Shown: piece after piece, positions 21,395 to 31,420 of the stretch
Position numbering within the stretch: position 1 is the stretch's first letter
Layout of the letters: each line of letters opens with the position of its first letter
DNA from: Leptospira sp.
GTDB lineage: Bacteria; Spirochaetota; Leptospiria; Leptospirales; Leptospiraceae
Length of the DNA stretch: 64,000 bases
Direction of reading: 5' to 3'
Assembly (NCBI GenBank): GCA_034439575.1
Contig: JAWXAQ010000033.1
Location: 96,001-160,000, forward strand
Translations under genes and position numbers: made by a program
Notes under the pieces: generated by a model
Told to the model about the DNA's origin: nothing
Seen by the model: only the letters and a program-made list of their open reading frames with translations
Database searches by the model: none

Positions 21395-21398
21395 AGTT

Positions 21399-21821
21399 TT
21401 GTTAGGTGATAGGGAGATATTTACACCGGAAGGTGGCCCCCCACAGGCCGTTCCGGGTCTTCAGGAAATTTATTCGGAATGGGGAGAAGAGGGGATACGA
21501 AATCTTGTCTCCTCTTTTTATGATCGAATACCTTTATCAAAAATTGCACATATGTTCCCGGAAGATCTATCTCTCGCCAAACAAAAGCAAGGTGATTTTT
21601 TGATTCAAGTAACCGGAGGCCCTCCTAATTATAGTCAAAAATGGGGACCACCAAAGATGAGGATGCGACATTTCCCTTTTGAAATCAATAATGAGTCTCG
21701 TGAAGAATGGCTCAGATGTTACTTGCTAAGTTTGAATGAATTTGAATTTTCATCCGATTCCAAAAAGATCTTTTATTTATTTTTGGAACAGTTCAGTTTA
21801 TGGATGGTTAATAAACGTTAG
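21399..21821 (+). CDS. Truncated (2/2) hemoglobin, group II-like
   Basis: LVSSFYDRI, FL.Q..GGP..YS, MRMRHFPF, WL; TTG start at 21399 avoids overlap with the upstream gene. Confidence 0.85.
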   Translation: MLGDREIFTPEGGPPQAVPGLQEIYSEWGEEGIRNLVSSFYDRIPLSKIAHMFPEDLSLAKQKQGDFLIQVTGGPPNYSQKWGPPKMRMRHFPFEINNESREEWLRCYLLSLNEFEFSSDSKKIFYLFLEQFSLWMVNKR

Positions 21822-22747
21822 GCTGTTTCAAGTAATTTTAATATTACGGCTTTTTGAGCATCCAGCCTATTTTCTGCCTGCGTGAAGATGATCGATCTTT
21901 CACTTTTTACCACTTCCCTTGTGATTTCATAACCATCGTGTATTGGCATATCATGCATTATTTTTGCTTTCGTATGTTTCAATAGATCTTTATTTACTTG
22001 GTAGGGCATCATAAGCGAAATTCTTTCTTCTTTCTCTTTTTTGAATTCGGGGTCGTTGAAAAATTCCATATCAACCCAAGTATCCGTATAAATATAATCA
22101 GCATCGCTAACAGCCACTTTCACATCATTTTCCCATGACAATGTTTTTTTAGTAAGGCCACGTTTTATGACTTCCTTAACTTTTGATTCTTCTGTTGCTA
22201 TGGGAGTAACTAGCGTAAGGTGAATTCCGAGAGCTGCTGTAATTCCAATAAGTGAGTTTACAACATTATTGTGTACTCCGATATAACATATCTTAGTTTT
22301 TTTCCAGTCGTTTGGTCGATCTATGGCAATAGTTAAAATATCCGCCAATGCTTGGCATGGATGAAATAAATTACAACAACCATTGATGACAGGAACTTGT
22401 GAGCCTTCCCTCAGAATCAATAGATCCTCATTTTTTTTCAAACGAGCCATGATGATGGAAACATTTCGTGAAAGATATTCGGCTTCAAAATCTATATCTG
22501 ATAAAGAAAAGTTAGAAGACATCCAATCCAAAAATATGGCATGGCCTCCGAGTTCTGTCATTCCAGCTTCGAAGGAGACTCTAGTCCTTGTGGAAGTTTT
22601 TTGAAATAACATCGCCATTGATCGTCCAGCCATATGGCCAGAAAAATAGACTCGATTGCGTTTTACATATATTGCAAAGTTGAGAAGTTCCTCGATATCC
22701 GAATCAGCCCAATCCTTCCATGAGATTAAATGTTTTATCTGAGACAT
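21818..22747 (-). CDS. argF: Ornithine carbamoyltransferase
   Basis: KTSTRTR, HPCQ, YTDTW, HDMP, QAENR. Confidence 0.9.
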   Translation of the reverse strand: MSQIKHLISWKDWADSDIEELLNFAIYVKRNRVYFSGHMAGRSMAMLFQKTSTRTRVSFEAGMTELGGHAIFLDWMSSNFSLSDIDFEAEYLSRNVSIIMARLKKNEDLLILREGSQVPVINGCCNLFHPCQALADILTIAIDRPNDWKKTKICYIGVHNNVVNSLIGITAALGIHLTLVTPIATEESKVKEVIKRGLTKKTLSWENDVKVAVSDADYIYTDTWVDMEFFNDPEFKKEKEERISLMMPYQVNKDLLKHTKAKIMHDMPIHDGYEITREVVKSERSIIFTQAENRLDAQKAVILKLLETA

Positions 22748-22808
22748 AGCTTTTGCCTATAGTTAATATCGGCATCTGCGAACTGGTATTGGAGAACAAA
22801 GATTAGAA

Positions 22809-22845
22809 AAAAGACTAGAGCATCAATCCGAAACTCTAGTCCTTT
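22809..22845 (-). terminator. Intrinsic terminator after the PilZ gene
   Basis: GACTAGAG / CTCTAGTC stem; the adjacent A-run gives a U-tract on the minus strand. Confidence 0.6.
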
Positions 22846-22852
22846 GTATGTT

Positions 22853-23191
22853 TTAAGCGGCTGCCATAGAGCGAGCGATCAATACATCCGGTAGTAAAAG
22901 TTCTTCGGAGAATTTCAGACCGAATTGCAATCCGATATCTGTTTCTTTTGTCCAAACAACTTTGCCACTGTATTTGATTTTGCACCTTGTCAGTTCACTT
23001 TCGATTTGGCCAGTCAAGATATCTTTTTCTTTGATTTCTGTTCCTAGCTCTATCATTCCGCTGAGACCCAATTCAGAAATATTGTCCACTGATGCAAGGA
23101 GGTACTCAGGCGTTTCATTGAGGGTATAGACTTTCAAAAGGAAGTCATCCCATGCCCCTGCGATTCTTTCTTTTTGTCGAGATTCTATCAT
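22853..23191 (-). CDS. Stand-alone PilZ (c-di-GMP-binding) domain protein
   Basis: RQKER (RxxxR), NISELG (D/NxSxxG), VVW, GLKF. Confidence 0.85.
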   Translation of the reverse strand: MIESRQKERIAGAWDDFLLKVYTLNETPEYLLASVDNISELGLSGMIELGTEIKEKDILTGQIESELTRCKIKYSGKVVWTKETDIGLQFGLKFSEELLLPDVLIARSMAAA

Positions 23192-23218
23192 AAATCATCT
23201 CCTAGATATGATACTATG

Positions 23219-23235
23219 TGCATAAAGCGTGCCAA
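23219..23235 (-). promoter_or_regulatory. Sigma54 (-24/-12) promoter of the PilZ gene
   Basis: Minus strand TTGGCACGCTTTATGCA (GG-N10-GC), upstream of an AGGAG SD. Confidence 0.8.
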
Positions 23236-23448
23236 CTTGCAAAATGGATGAATGAAATCTTCATGAAACCGAAAAATCATAGGTTTGCCTTACATTGCCG
23301 AGCTTCAGAACAGTGATCTTTTCCTTTTTGAGCAATATGTACGTAAAATAGACACTTTAAGTAGAATCTAAAAAAAGAATTAGTCTAAATACATTTCACT
23401 TGAAAAAAGGGATAGGGGATCAAGGATTTGTTTAATGGAGAAATTTAT

Positions 23449-24435
23449 ATGAACAAAAATAAATTTGCTATTTCTTTCGTATTACTATCGTTAATTGGTA
23501 TCGTCGCGTGTGGCCCTTCACAAGAGACGAAAGATTTGCAACTTAAAGCAAAACAAATGCTAGGTGCTTTGCCAAACAAAATGCCTGGTTCTGAAAAAGA
23601 TTCAGAAGCACTTATTTCTCTAGGTAAGAAACTTTACTTCGAGAAAAAACTTTCACAAAACAATACACAATCTTGTAATTCCTGTCATAACGTAGAAGGC
23701 AAGGCGGCTGGTGTAGATAATTTGCCAACTTCACCTGGTGCATTCGGAAAAAATGGGGATAGGAACTCTCCAACTGTATTGAATGCAGGATTCCATTTTG
23801 CGCAATTTTGGGATGGTAGGGCGCCCGATTTGAAAGCCCAAGCTAAAGGCCCTATCCTAAATCCTGTAGAAATGGCGATGCCTTCCGAAGCAGAAGTAAT
23901 TAAAAGACTGAAAGAAGATGCAGAATACCCTGCACTTTTCTCTAAAGCATTTCCAAATGCTCAGGATGCAGTTACGTATGACAATCTTGCCGAATCTATT
24001 GCCGCGTTTGAAAGAACCCTTATTTCTTCTTCTCGATTTGATGATTTTGTAAAGGGAGATCATTCAGCATTAAGTGCAGACGAACAAGCAGGCTTACAAA
24101 CTTTTATCACGGCTGGATGTACTTCTTGCCATAGTGGAAATTTGCTCGGTGGAAATTCTTATCGCAAACTTGGACAAGTAAATCCTTACGAAACAGCGGA
24201 TCTCGGGCGATTCAATGTGACTAAAGATCCAAGTGACAAATACTTTTTTAAAGTTCCTTCTCTCCGAAATATAGCTCTAACAGGGCCGTATTTTCATGAT
24301 GGAAAAGTAGCTAGTTTGGAAGATGCAGTGAAAAAGATGGCATACCACCAATTGGGTCAAACCCTTTCCGAAACAGACACAAACAAAATTGTTAAGTTCT
24401 TGGGATCACTTTCTGATAAAACAAAAGTGAATTAA
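23449..24435 (+). CDS. ccp: Di-heme cytochrome c peroxidase (lipoprotein)
   Basis: CNSCH and CTSCH heme motifs, QFWDGRA, KVPSLRN, PYFHDG; IVAC lipobox. Confidence 0.93.
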   Translation: MNKNKFAISFVLLSLIGIVACGPSQETKDLQLKAKQMLGALPNKMPGSEKDSEALISLGKKLYFEKKLSQNNTQSCNSCHNVEGKAAGVDNLPTSPGAFGKNGDRNSPTVLNAGFHFAQFWDGRAPDLKAQAKGPILNPVEMAMPSEAEVIKRLKEDAEYPALFSKAFPNAQDAVTYDNLAESIAAFERTLISSSRFDDFVKGDHSALSADEQAGLQTFITAGCTSCHSGNLLGGNSYRKLGQVNPYETADLGRFNVTKDPSDKYFFKVPSLRNIALTGPYFHDGKVASLEDAVKKMAYHQLGQTLSETDTNKIVKFLGSLSDKTKVN

Positions 24436-24441
24436 TATCTA

Positions 24442-24480
24442 ACGATGCTAGAATTTAGCAAGATTCTGGCATCGTATTTT
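24442..24480. terminator. Intrinsic terminator between ccp and TetR
   Basis: ACGATGCTAGAAT / ATTCTGGCATCGT hairpin followed by ATTTT. Confidence 0.75.
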
Positions 24481-25126
24481 ACCTTTCTTTTTTACCCAAA
24501 TTTCGAATCCCATCTGATATTAAACTTTGAGTGCGGCTATGCCATTTTTCGAGCGAGCTTAAGCGGCGAGCGGGACTCATACGCTCTAAGTCTTTTTTGT
24601 ATTCGGAGGTTGTGAGTTGGCGAAAGGGTAAAATCAGTAAAGCAGCGATGATTTTTGGTTCTGGATCATAATTCTCAAATTCGCCTTCCTCTGTGATCAT
24701 ATCGGCAAGGAGTTTTTCGTAATGGTCCCAAAGTTTCGAGAGTCTAGAATTCAATTCAGCAGATTCCATCGCACGGTGAAATCCTGGAAAGGAATCTAAT
24801 ATGGATTCATTATTTAAGGTATGTATCATTTGCCAAAGGAAGGATTGCATTTCTTCTAGATAGGAAACTCCTTCCTTTCTGTTTCTGAGAGCCTGCAGAA
24901 TTTCTTCACAAAACGTGCTCTCTTCAAAAAACAAAAGATCATCTTTGGAGCGGAAGTAGGTAAAAAGTGTTTTCACAGAGACATTGGCGTGGTCTGCAAT
25001 TTCTGCCACAGTCACATCCGCGAAAGGCCTCTGGCTTAAAAGTTCGCGGGCAGAAGCTGAAATGGCTTCTTTGATCAGGTTTTTCTTTCTTTGTCTAAGT
25101 GGTATTGTTTGGTTCATCTTTGGCAT
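24479..25126 (-). CDS. TetR/AcrR family regulator
   Basis: LRQRKK...VTVAEIADHANVSVKTLFTYFRSKDDL. Confidence 0.92.
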   Translation of the reverse strand: MPKMNQTIPLRQRKKNLIKEAISASARELLSQRPFADVTVAEIADHANVSVKTLFTYFRSKDDLLFFEESTFCEEILQALRNRKEGVSYLEEMQSFLWQMIHTLNNESILDSFPGFHRAMESAELNSRLSKLWDHYEKLLADMITEEGEFENYDPEPKIIAALLILPFRQLTTSEYKKDLERMSPARRLSSLEKWHSRTQSLISDGIRNLGKKER

Positions 25127-25616
25127 AGAAATTTGATGATAATAGCTCTATATATGATTGAAATCGCAATTTGACAAGGATAAATTCAAACTTAATTTCT
25201 TTTTATAGCTAAAATATATATTTTTTCAATTGATTTTAATCATTTATTTCTTTAAACTTTCACTAATCTTATAACCTAAAAATTTTTCTAAAGCTATGTT
25301 CAAAAAATATAAAATGTAATTATATGAGAATTTACTTTATAATGATAATTACCAAAACTATTGACTATATAAGTAGACTAGATTACTTTATTTAACTAAC
25401 TTAATTAATTTTGACCATTCGTTTATATAATCATTTGATATATAAATAAAGTAACTTAACTAATTGAATTAATTCTAAATTATTCATTCCATTCCTAAAG
25501 GGTGGCTCAATTCGGATCAATTTCAAGTTCCTTGGTTTTTCCTATGTGGGAAAGGAGAAGGGAAAACTCGGAATTTTCCTTTCCTTGCAAGACTCTCAGA
25601 GAATTCTTTCCCTAAT

Positions 25617-26174
25617 ATGTCGCAAACCTTAAGAGACCAAATACTGACTTGGATGAAAACTTATGTATATAGGTTTTCCGAGAAGTCCTTCCTTCTTGCG
25701 AGTGGGAAGGAATCGCAACATTACTTCAATTGCAAAGAAATCACCCTCCATCCAGAAAGATTGGCAGCCCTTACTGATTGTTTTGTGGAAGAACTGATTC
25801 CGAGACTTCCAGGGAATTTTGATTCTTTGGGTGGCCTGACTTTAGGCGCAGACCCTCTAACGTATGCGCTTAGCTTAGCTTACCAAAAACGGGGTCGAAT
25901 TGTTTTTCCATTGGTCGTTCGCAAAGAAGCCAAAGGTCATGGCACAGGACAACAAATTGAAGGATTTTGGAAAGAGGTTAAACAATGTTTGGTGATAGAT
26001 GATGTGATTACAACTGGTGGTTCAACGATTAAGGCAGTGAATGCACTCCGTGCCGCAGGGATTGAAGTAACAAAAGGGATTTGTATATTGGATAGGGAAG
26101 AAGGTGGCAAAGAGGCTTTAGAAAAAATTGGGGTTCACATGGAATCACTTTTCAGAAAGGCTGATTTTCTATAA
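25617..26174 (+). CDS. pyrE: Orotate phosphoribosyltransferase
   Basis: LASGKES, RKEAKGHG, PRPP motif VIDDVITTGGS. Confidence 0.93.
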   Translation: MSQTLRDQILTWMKTYVYRFSEKSFLLASGKESQHYFNCKEITLHPERLAALTDCFVEELIPRLPGNFDSLGGLTLGADPLTYALSLAYQKRGRIVFPLVVRKEAKGHGTGQQIEGFWKEVKQCLVIDDVITTGGSTIKAVNALRAAGIEVTKGICILDREEGGKEALEKIGVHMESLFRKADFL

Positions 26175-26923
26175 TGGATAAAAAAACATTTTTCTATAAT
26201 ACCGAATTATTTCGTAAAAAACTTTTAATACGCACAAGTATCGTTGTCGGGATGTTCGTTCTATTTTTAGCGTTTAATACGTATCAGTTGCCAGTTTCGG
26301 AACGTGGGAAATTTCTTATGATTTTTGCGCCCTTATTACTTTTATTGATTTGGTTTTTACAAAAAAATTATTCAAAACAAATTGAAATCCTATCAAAAGG
26401 CCGTGTTGAAATCGAGGGCGGCATGTTAAAACAATTTGATTCCTATGGAAGTTGTGCAGCGATTCGAATTAAAGATATTGAACGCATTACACATGATAAA
26501 TTTAGGTCTTATGACCGATTGGTTTTGGAAACGAAAGAAAAAGTCTATCCTATCGTGAATATGGCAACTTTTACAGAGTTTAAATCTTATATTGAATCAA
26601 TGTCAGGGAAATCTTCCGAAGTGGATTCTAGCGAAATAAATTATTTTAGTCTTCGTAGTTTTTTGTTTTTTTTACCCAGTATGATTTTTGTTAGTTTAAC
26701 ATTCTTAACTCAAATTTCAACAATTTATCCATTCTTTAATCAAGATACAGCGATGTTGTTTTTTAATGTGAATCTTATCATTTTCTTTCTCTATTTACCT
26801 GAGAAAAAAAACTATATAAATGTAGGCTTTTCTTTCAAAAGAAGAATGGTCTTTATATCAATGATGGTTTTTTTCTTTCAAGTATACACAAATCTCAAAA
26901 AATCAGGATTCTTTGAAAAATAG
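26174..26923 (+). CDS. Hypothetical membrane protein
   Basis: Several TM segments; translationally coupled to pyrE. Confidence 0.7.
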   Translation: MDKKTFFYNTELFRKKLLIRTSIVVGMFVLFLAFNTYQLPVSERGKFLMIFAPLLLLLIWFLQKNYSKQIEILSKGRVEIEGGMLKQFDSYGSCAAIRIKDIERITHDKFRSYDRLVLETKEKVYPIVNMATFTEFKSYIESMSGKSSEVDSSEINYFSLRSFLFFLPSMIFVSLTFLTQISTIYPFFNQDTAMLFFNVNLIIFFLYLPEKKNYINVGFSFKRRMVFISMMVFFFQVYTNLKKSGFFEK

Positions 26924-26924
26924 T

Positions 26925-27827
26925 CTAATTTGCCTTTGATTGTATACCTTGGCGAAGCATATTCAATTTTGCTTGAGTATATCTTCTTAGTTCGATCATA
27001 TCTTCTTGGTATCGTTTTAAAATGCGATCTTCGTTAGTCCTTGTTTCCATAAGCATGATGGTATCTCGAACATACTTTAACTCTTTCTCATCCTTGATTT
27101 TACCTGTTTGGATTAATTTTCTAATCACATCAAATTCATATTTTCGAAAATGAACGCGTAACAAGAATTCAACTGAGAAATTTTGAGTCGCTTTGGACCA
27201 ACTAGGATCAATTTTTTCTTTAACAACTTCTTTGATTTGGTCTGCTGCTCTTTTTGTATCACTAAAAGTATTTGTAGTAGCAGCCATTTCTTCAATAGCA
27301 CCATCCTCACTACTATAAATTTCTTGTAGTTTGTTACGTTTCCATTGGTCAGTGTATTCGAATCCGGTAGAAGTTAATATTCGAGAATACTCTTCCAACA
27401 TGACTACGATGTTGATCGCTCTACCTAGTGGTGTGTTATTGTATTCTTTAATTTTGGGAAAAAGTTCACGCGAGATTTGGAAAGAGGATTTTCTTTTGTA
27501 ATTACTAGATTCGTATAATCTTTCAAGATTTTGTTCGGCTTCACGCTTTAAATCATTTATGATGGCGATTTCTGTCGTGACGTAAACTTCTTCACCATAA
27601 ACAAATAAATTTGGATCTGGTGCTACGATACTTATGATAAATATATAATGACTATCTCTAAGAGCTAAGAGTAGTTTGCGAATTTCATCTTCACTTCTAC
27701 TGAAATGAGAAGACCAGACTCGAACAAAAGTATCTGAACCTGGAATTTTATCTTTGCTTTCTGTATTTTCTTTTTTTATAGATTCTGCAAGTTCAAGCGC
27801 AACTTTGATCGATCCTGCCATGGACAA
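26925..27827 (-). CDS. Hypothetical helical protein
   Basis: 300-aa ORF with no recognised motif. Confidence 0.65.
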   Translation of the reverse strand: MSMAGSIKVALELAESIKKENTESKDKIPGSDTFVRVWSSHFSRSEDEIRKLLLALRDSHYIFIISIVAPDPNLFVYGEEVYVTTEIAIINDLKREAEQNLERLYESSNYKRKSSFQISRELFPKIKEYNNTPLGRAINIVVMLEEYSRILTSTGFEYTDQWKRNKLQEIYSSEDGAIEEMAATTNTFSDTKRAADQIKEVVKEKIDPSWSKATQNFSVEFLLRVHFRKYEFDVIRKLIQTGKIKDEKELKYVRDTIMLMETRTNEDRILKRYQEDMIELRRYTQAKLNMLRQGIQSKAN

Positions 27828-27859
27828 AATGTATTGGTTTAGTATTTCATTGTAAAGAA

Positions 27860-30343
27860 TTATTCGTAATTGAGACTCTCACGAAGACTAATCTTTGCGG
27901 CCTTTAAAAAAGGATAAAAACTCACGATTGTAGCAAGGATTGGCACGAACAGAAGGAAGTATCCAATTTGCTCATATGGATAATGAAAATCTAAAATCCA
28001 TCCAAAGGCATTTCTATTAATCCCATATATAACAATGGGCGAAAGAACTAAGCTATTTCCTACTCCAAGTAATAGCCCAATCAGAATCAAAAATAGACTT
28101 TGAAAAAATAATATCTTATAAAGTTGATATTTACTTAAACCAATGGCACGAAGTGTTGCGATGAGTTTCGATTTTTCTCGAATATTATAAATCAATGATG
28201 TGAGTAGTGCTAATAATGAAATGGCAATGGCACAAATTTTCAATGAGTCTAAAACGGAAAATACAGAATTCATTCCTTCCAAATATAAATCTTTGAGAGC
28301 GTTCTCGTCCAAAATTTTTAACTCTTTAAAATCCTTCTTCAAAATAGAATTTAAAATTATAGACCAATTTTCTTTTGGTATCATGGGATTAAATTTTAAT
28401 CGAATTGAATTCAAATCGGAATGAGAAAAATATTTTTGAAAAACATGATAGCTCATCATAATTGTGCCTCGTTCTGAAAAAAAATGTTCTTTCTCTCCTT
28501 TGATGGAAAAATCCATTTTTCCAAATTTTTCTGTTAATATTTGAAGAGTATCACCTTTGCATTTTTTTTCCAAATAACAATAATTTGACGATACATAAAT
28601 TTCTTTATCATTTGATTCAAATGGATAAACATTTAATGTAAAATAATTTTTATCTATTAGGAACTTAGATTGGATAATAAAAGGTTCTATCTTTTCTAGT
28701 TCATTTCGTTTGGTTAATTCCAATAACAATTGATTCGGCACTCCAGGTAGACCTGAAGATAATTTGTTTGGGTTAATAATAGAATAATCGAATTGACTCT
28801 CTTCGTTTACCCATTTGATAAGAGAATATTTATAGCTTTCAGTTAATGTCGTTAAGGTGATAACTAATGATGAAGATAAAAGAATAGTAGCCGCCGTTAA
28901 TGTATTTTGAATTGGTTCTTTTTGAATTTCTTCCCATGCAATTTTAAAAGTTGGAAAAAAGAAATAACGATCAAAAACTCGTAAGGAAAATCTTACTGTA
29001 GATACCAAAAAATAAGGAAAAATAAGTATAAAACCCAATAATACAAAACCCACACCCGTGAGCCCAGGGATCAAAGATTTTGGTGAAGGGATAAAACCGA
29101 TACCAATTCCGATCAAAGTTAACACAATTCCAAATATTGCAAAATGGAAAAACGAATATGAGTAAAATTTAATATTTGTTTCTTCTAATTCTTTTTCTCT
29201 TACTAAATCTATTGGTTTGATAAAGTAAGATTTTAATGAAGATGTAAGAGCAGAAAAAAGGGAACCAAATATGCCAATGGAAATAGAAAAAAAATAAATT
29301 TGAATGGGTATCTTAGTATAAGTAGAAATTTGTTCGGAATCAGTTAGAGTATTGTTTCCATTAAAAATATTTAACTGTAGTAATGCATATCCAATGACAA
29401 TACCAAGAAGACTTCCCAAAAAACCAAGCAGTAGTGACTGAGATAAAAATAAAAAAAGATTTTGTAATCTATCATTTCCGATACACGATAAGATTCCAAA
29501 TTCTTTTCTTCTCGAAAGATAAATTCCCGAAAAAGTATTCGCAACCATAAAGAAAGAAATCAAAACAGAAACAAGAGAAACAATAGTCAAATTTATTTTT
29601 AAGGAACCTAGAGCTTTTCCGGATCGTTCACGTATATCTTCGATTGATTCCCATTCCCAGCCAAAATCTTTGCCAAGGTTTGTCATATTGTCTTGCATTA
29701 TTGTTGTAAATTGTTCATTCGAAATGTTTTGTATTAATATTTTTTGGATCTGATCCTTTGAATCACATAATCCTTGTAAAATTTGAATATCTGTTAAAAT
29801 AAATTTACCATCACGTTGAATTTTTATTGAATCTTCTTTGAATATGTTTACTTCTTTTTCGCATAGATTGATTTTAACAGATGAATTGAATTTGAATATT
29901 TGATCGAAAAGGGCATTGGTTATAAAATAAGTTGGGACTTTTTTTTTGGTCTTTCCTGATTGAGTATGATTGGTCGTATTTAATAATAAAATATCCTTAC
30001 CTATCAGCGGAAAATGGATTAGAGATAGTTCTGAGTTATTGATAAATGCTTCTTTGGTAAGTATAACATCGATTATAAAGTTCTCTGGAATTAAAAAATA
30101 TAGCTTTTTTAAAATACTAGAATCTCTGGATTCGTTCCCATTCTGGAGAACAAATTGACCTATATAATCATTGTTTGGGTAACCTAATTGAGCATCAATA
30201 AGACTCTCTTCCGCTCTCCATGCATTTGTTTGGGTGGTAAAAAAAAGCGAAATCCCAAAGGCGATGCCCATAAGCGAAAGAAATAATCTCGATTTGTGTT
30301 CTTTGGCATATTTCCATATAAAAAGAAAATAAATGTCTATCAT
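27860..30343 (-). CDS. FtsX/MacB-like ABC permease (duplicated permease module)
   Basis: Two repeats: RRKEFGILSCIG and REKSKLIATLRAIG. Confidence 0.88.
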   Translation of the reverse strand: MIDIYFLFIWKYAKEHKSRLFLSLMGIAFGISLFFTTQTNAWRAEESLIDAQLGYPNNDYIGQFVLQNGNESRDSSILKKLYFLIPENFIIDVILTKEAFINNSELSLIHFPLIGKDILLLNTTNHTQSGKTKKKVPTYFITNALFDQIFKFNSSVKINLCEKEVNIFKEDSIKIQRDGKFILTDIQILQGLCDSKDQIQKILIQNISNEQFTTIMQDNMTNLGKDFGWEWESIEDIRERSGKALGSLKINLTIVSLVSVLISFFMVANTFSGIYLSRRKEFGILSCIGNDRLQNLFLFLSQSLLLGFLGSLLGIVIGYALLQLNIFNGNNTLTDSEQISTYTKIPIQIYFFSISIGIFGSLFSALTSSLKSYFIKPIDLVREKELEETNIKFYSYSFFHFAIFGIVLTLIGIGIGFIPSPKSLIPGLTGVGFVLLGFILIFPYFLVSTVRFSLRVFDRYFFFPTFKIAWEEIQKEPIQNTLTAATILLSSSLVITLTTLTESYKYSLIKWVNEESQFDYSIINPNKLSSGLPGVPNQLLLELTKRNELEKIEPFIIQSKFLIDKNYFTLNVYPFESNDKEIYVSSNYCYLEKKCKGDTLQILTEKFGKMDFSIKGEKEHFFSERGTIMMSYHVFQKYFSHSDLNSIRLKFNPMIPKENWSIILNSILKKDFKELKILDENALKDLYLEGMNSVFSVLDSLKICAIAISLLALLTSLIYNIREKSKLIATLRAIGLSKYQLYKILFFQSLFLILIGLLLGVGNSLVLSPIVIYGINRNAFGWILDFHYPYEQIGYFLLFVPILATIVSFYPFLKAAKISLRESLNYE

Positions 30344-31026
30344 AATTTACTTATATTGCCATCTAACATTGCTAATTGTATGTCACCCATTCTACCAATC
30401 TCAGGATTATGCGTTACCAAAAATACAGTGACTCCAAGTTCCTTAACACAATGTTGAAATAATTGCATAACAATATCAGAAGATACTGAATCTAAATTAC
30501 CTGTTGGTTCATCTGCTAAAATTAATTTTGGTTTGTGTACAAGTGCACGAGCAATAGCCACTCTTTGTTTTTCCCCTCCAGATAACTCCTTTGGAGAAAA
30601 AGTCATTCTATTTTCCATTTTGACAAGTTTAAGTGCTTCCACACCTAATTTTTCGGCATCGCGTCGCTTAACACTATTTAAATACAAAGGAATTATGGTA
30701 TTTTCAAGCGCATTCAAATATGGAAGCAGGTGAAAAAACTGAAATACAATTCCTATTGTATTTCGCCTATATAAAGTTAAATCTTTTTCGTTTTTCTGCG
30801 TTAAATTTTCACCAAATATTTCGATCCTTCCCGTATCAGCTGGTTCAATTGCAGATAAGATATTCAAGAATGTTGATTTTCCACTTCCCGATGGACCCAT
30901 CATAGTAATAAGATGACCTGAAGGGATTTCTAAATTGATCCCTTTTAAAATCGGTATACGTAGTTCTCCTTGGAAATAGGTTTTCGTAAGATTTGAGATT
31001 TTAATTTCTGAATTTTTGTTCTTCAT
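30340..31026 (-). CDS. ABC transporter ATP-binding protein (LolD-like)
   Basis: GPSGSGKST, LSGGEKQRVAIARA, LADEPTGNLD. Confidence 0.95.
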   Translation of the reverse strand: MKNKNSEIKISNLTKTYFQGELRIPILKGINLEIPSGHLITMMGPSGSGKSTFLNILSAIEPADTGRIEIFGENLTQKNEKDLTLYRRNTIGIVFQFFHLLPYLNALENTIIPLYLNSVKRRDAEKLGVEALKLVKMENRMTFSPKELSGGEKQRVAIARALVHKPKLILADEPTGNLDSVSSDIVMQLFQHCVKELGVTVFLVTHNPEIGRMGDIQLAMLDGNISKL

Positions 31027-31049
31027 TTAATTTTAAAATAATTTTAAAA

Positions 31050-31385
31050 ATGCTTTTCAAAACGGAAAATACTTATTTAATTGAATTGGTAGAAAAATTG
31101 GTATTTCGTTTAATCATAATTATAGCGGTTGTACTTTTTTTTGCAGGTAAGTCCAATTTCCCTTCATTCGCAAGTATTGAACCTGGCGAAAGTGAAGTTC
31201 CAGAACTGACCGAATCAAAACCCACACCGAAAGAAGAGTCGAAGTCTGACTTTTTCACCATCATTCCCATTCATTATTCTTATTGTTCCTTTCTTATTAG
31301 TCGATCTTCTGCTGTTAATCGTTCATCTGTTTCTTTCGAAACTTTTTCTTCTCTAACCAATCGCGGGCCCCCGCACAGAACCTAA
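31050..31385 (+). CDS. Secreted leader ORF with C-terminal RGPP motif (putative translation-arrest peptide)
   Basis: Hydrophobic signal RLIIIIAVVLFFA, polar linker, ends ...LTNRGPPHRT*; 35 nt before the Ehr operon; alternative in-frame TTG start at 31098. Confidence 0.65.
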   Translation: MLFKTENTYLIELVEKLVFRLIIIIAVVLFFAGKSNFPSFASIEPGESEVPELTESKPTPKEESKSDFFTIIPIHYSYCSFLISRSSAVNRSSVSFETFSSLTNRGPPHRT

Positions 31386-31420
31386 ACCTTTAAACTTTTT
31401 CTAAATTCTGCAAGGTAGGT

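Noticed and set aside
25337-25356. Fur-box-like ATAATGATAAT
   Set aside because: Only a partial match in extremely AT-rich DNA, with no iron-related gene adjacent.
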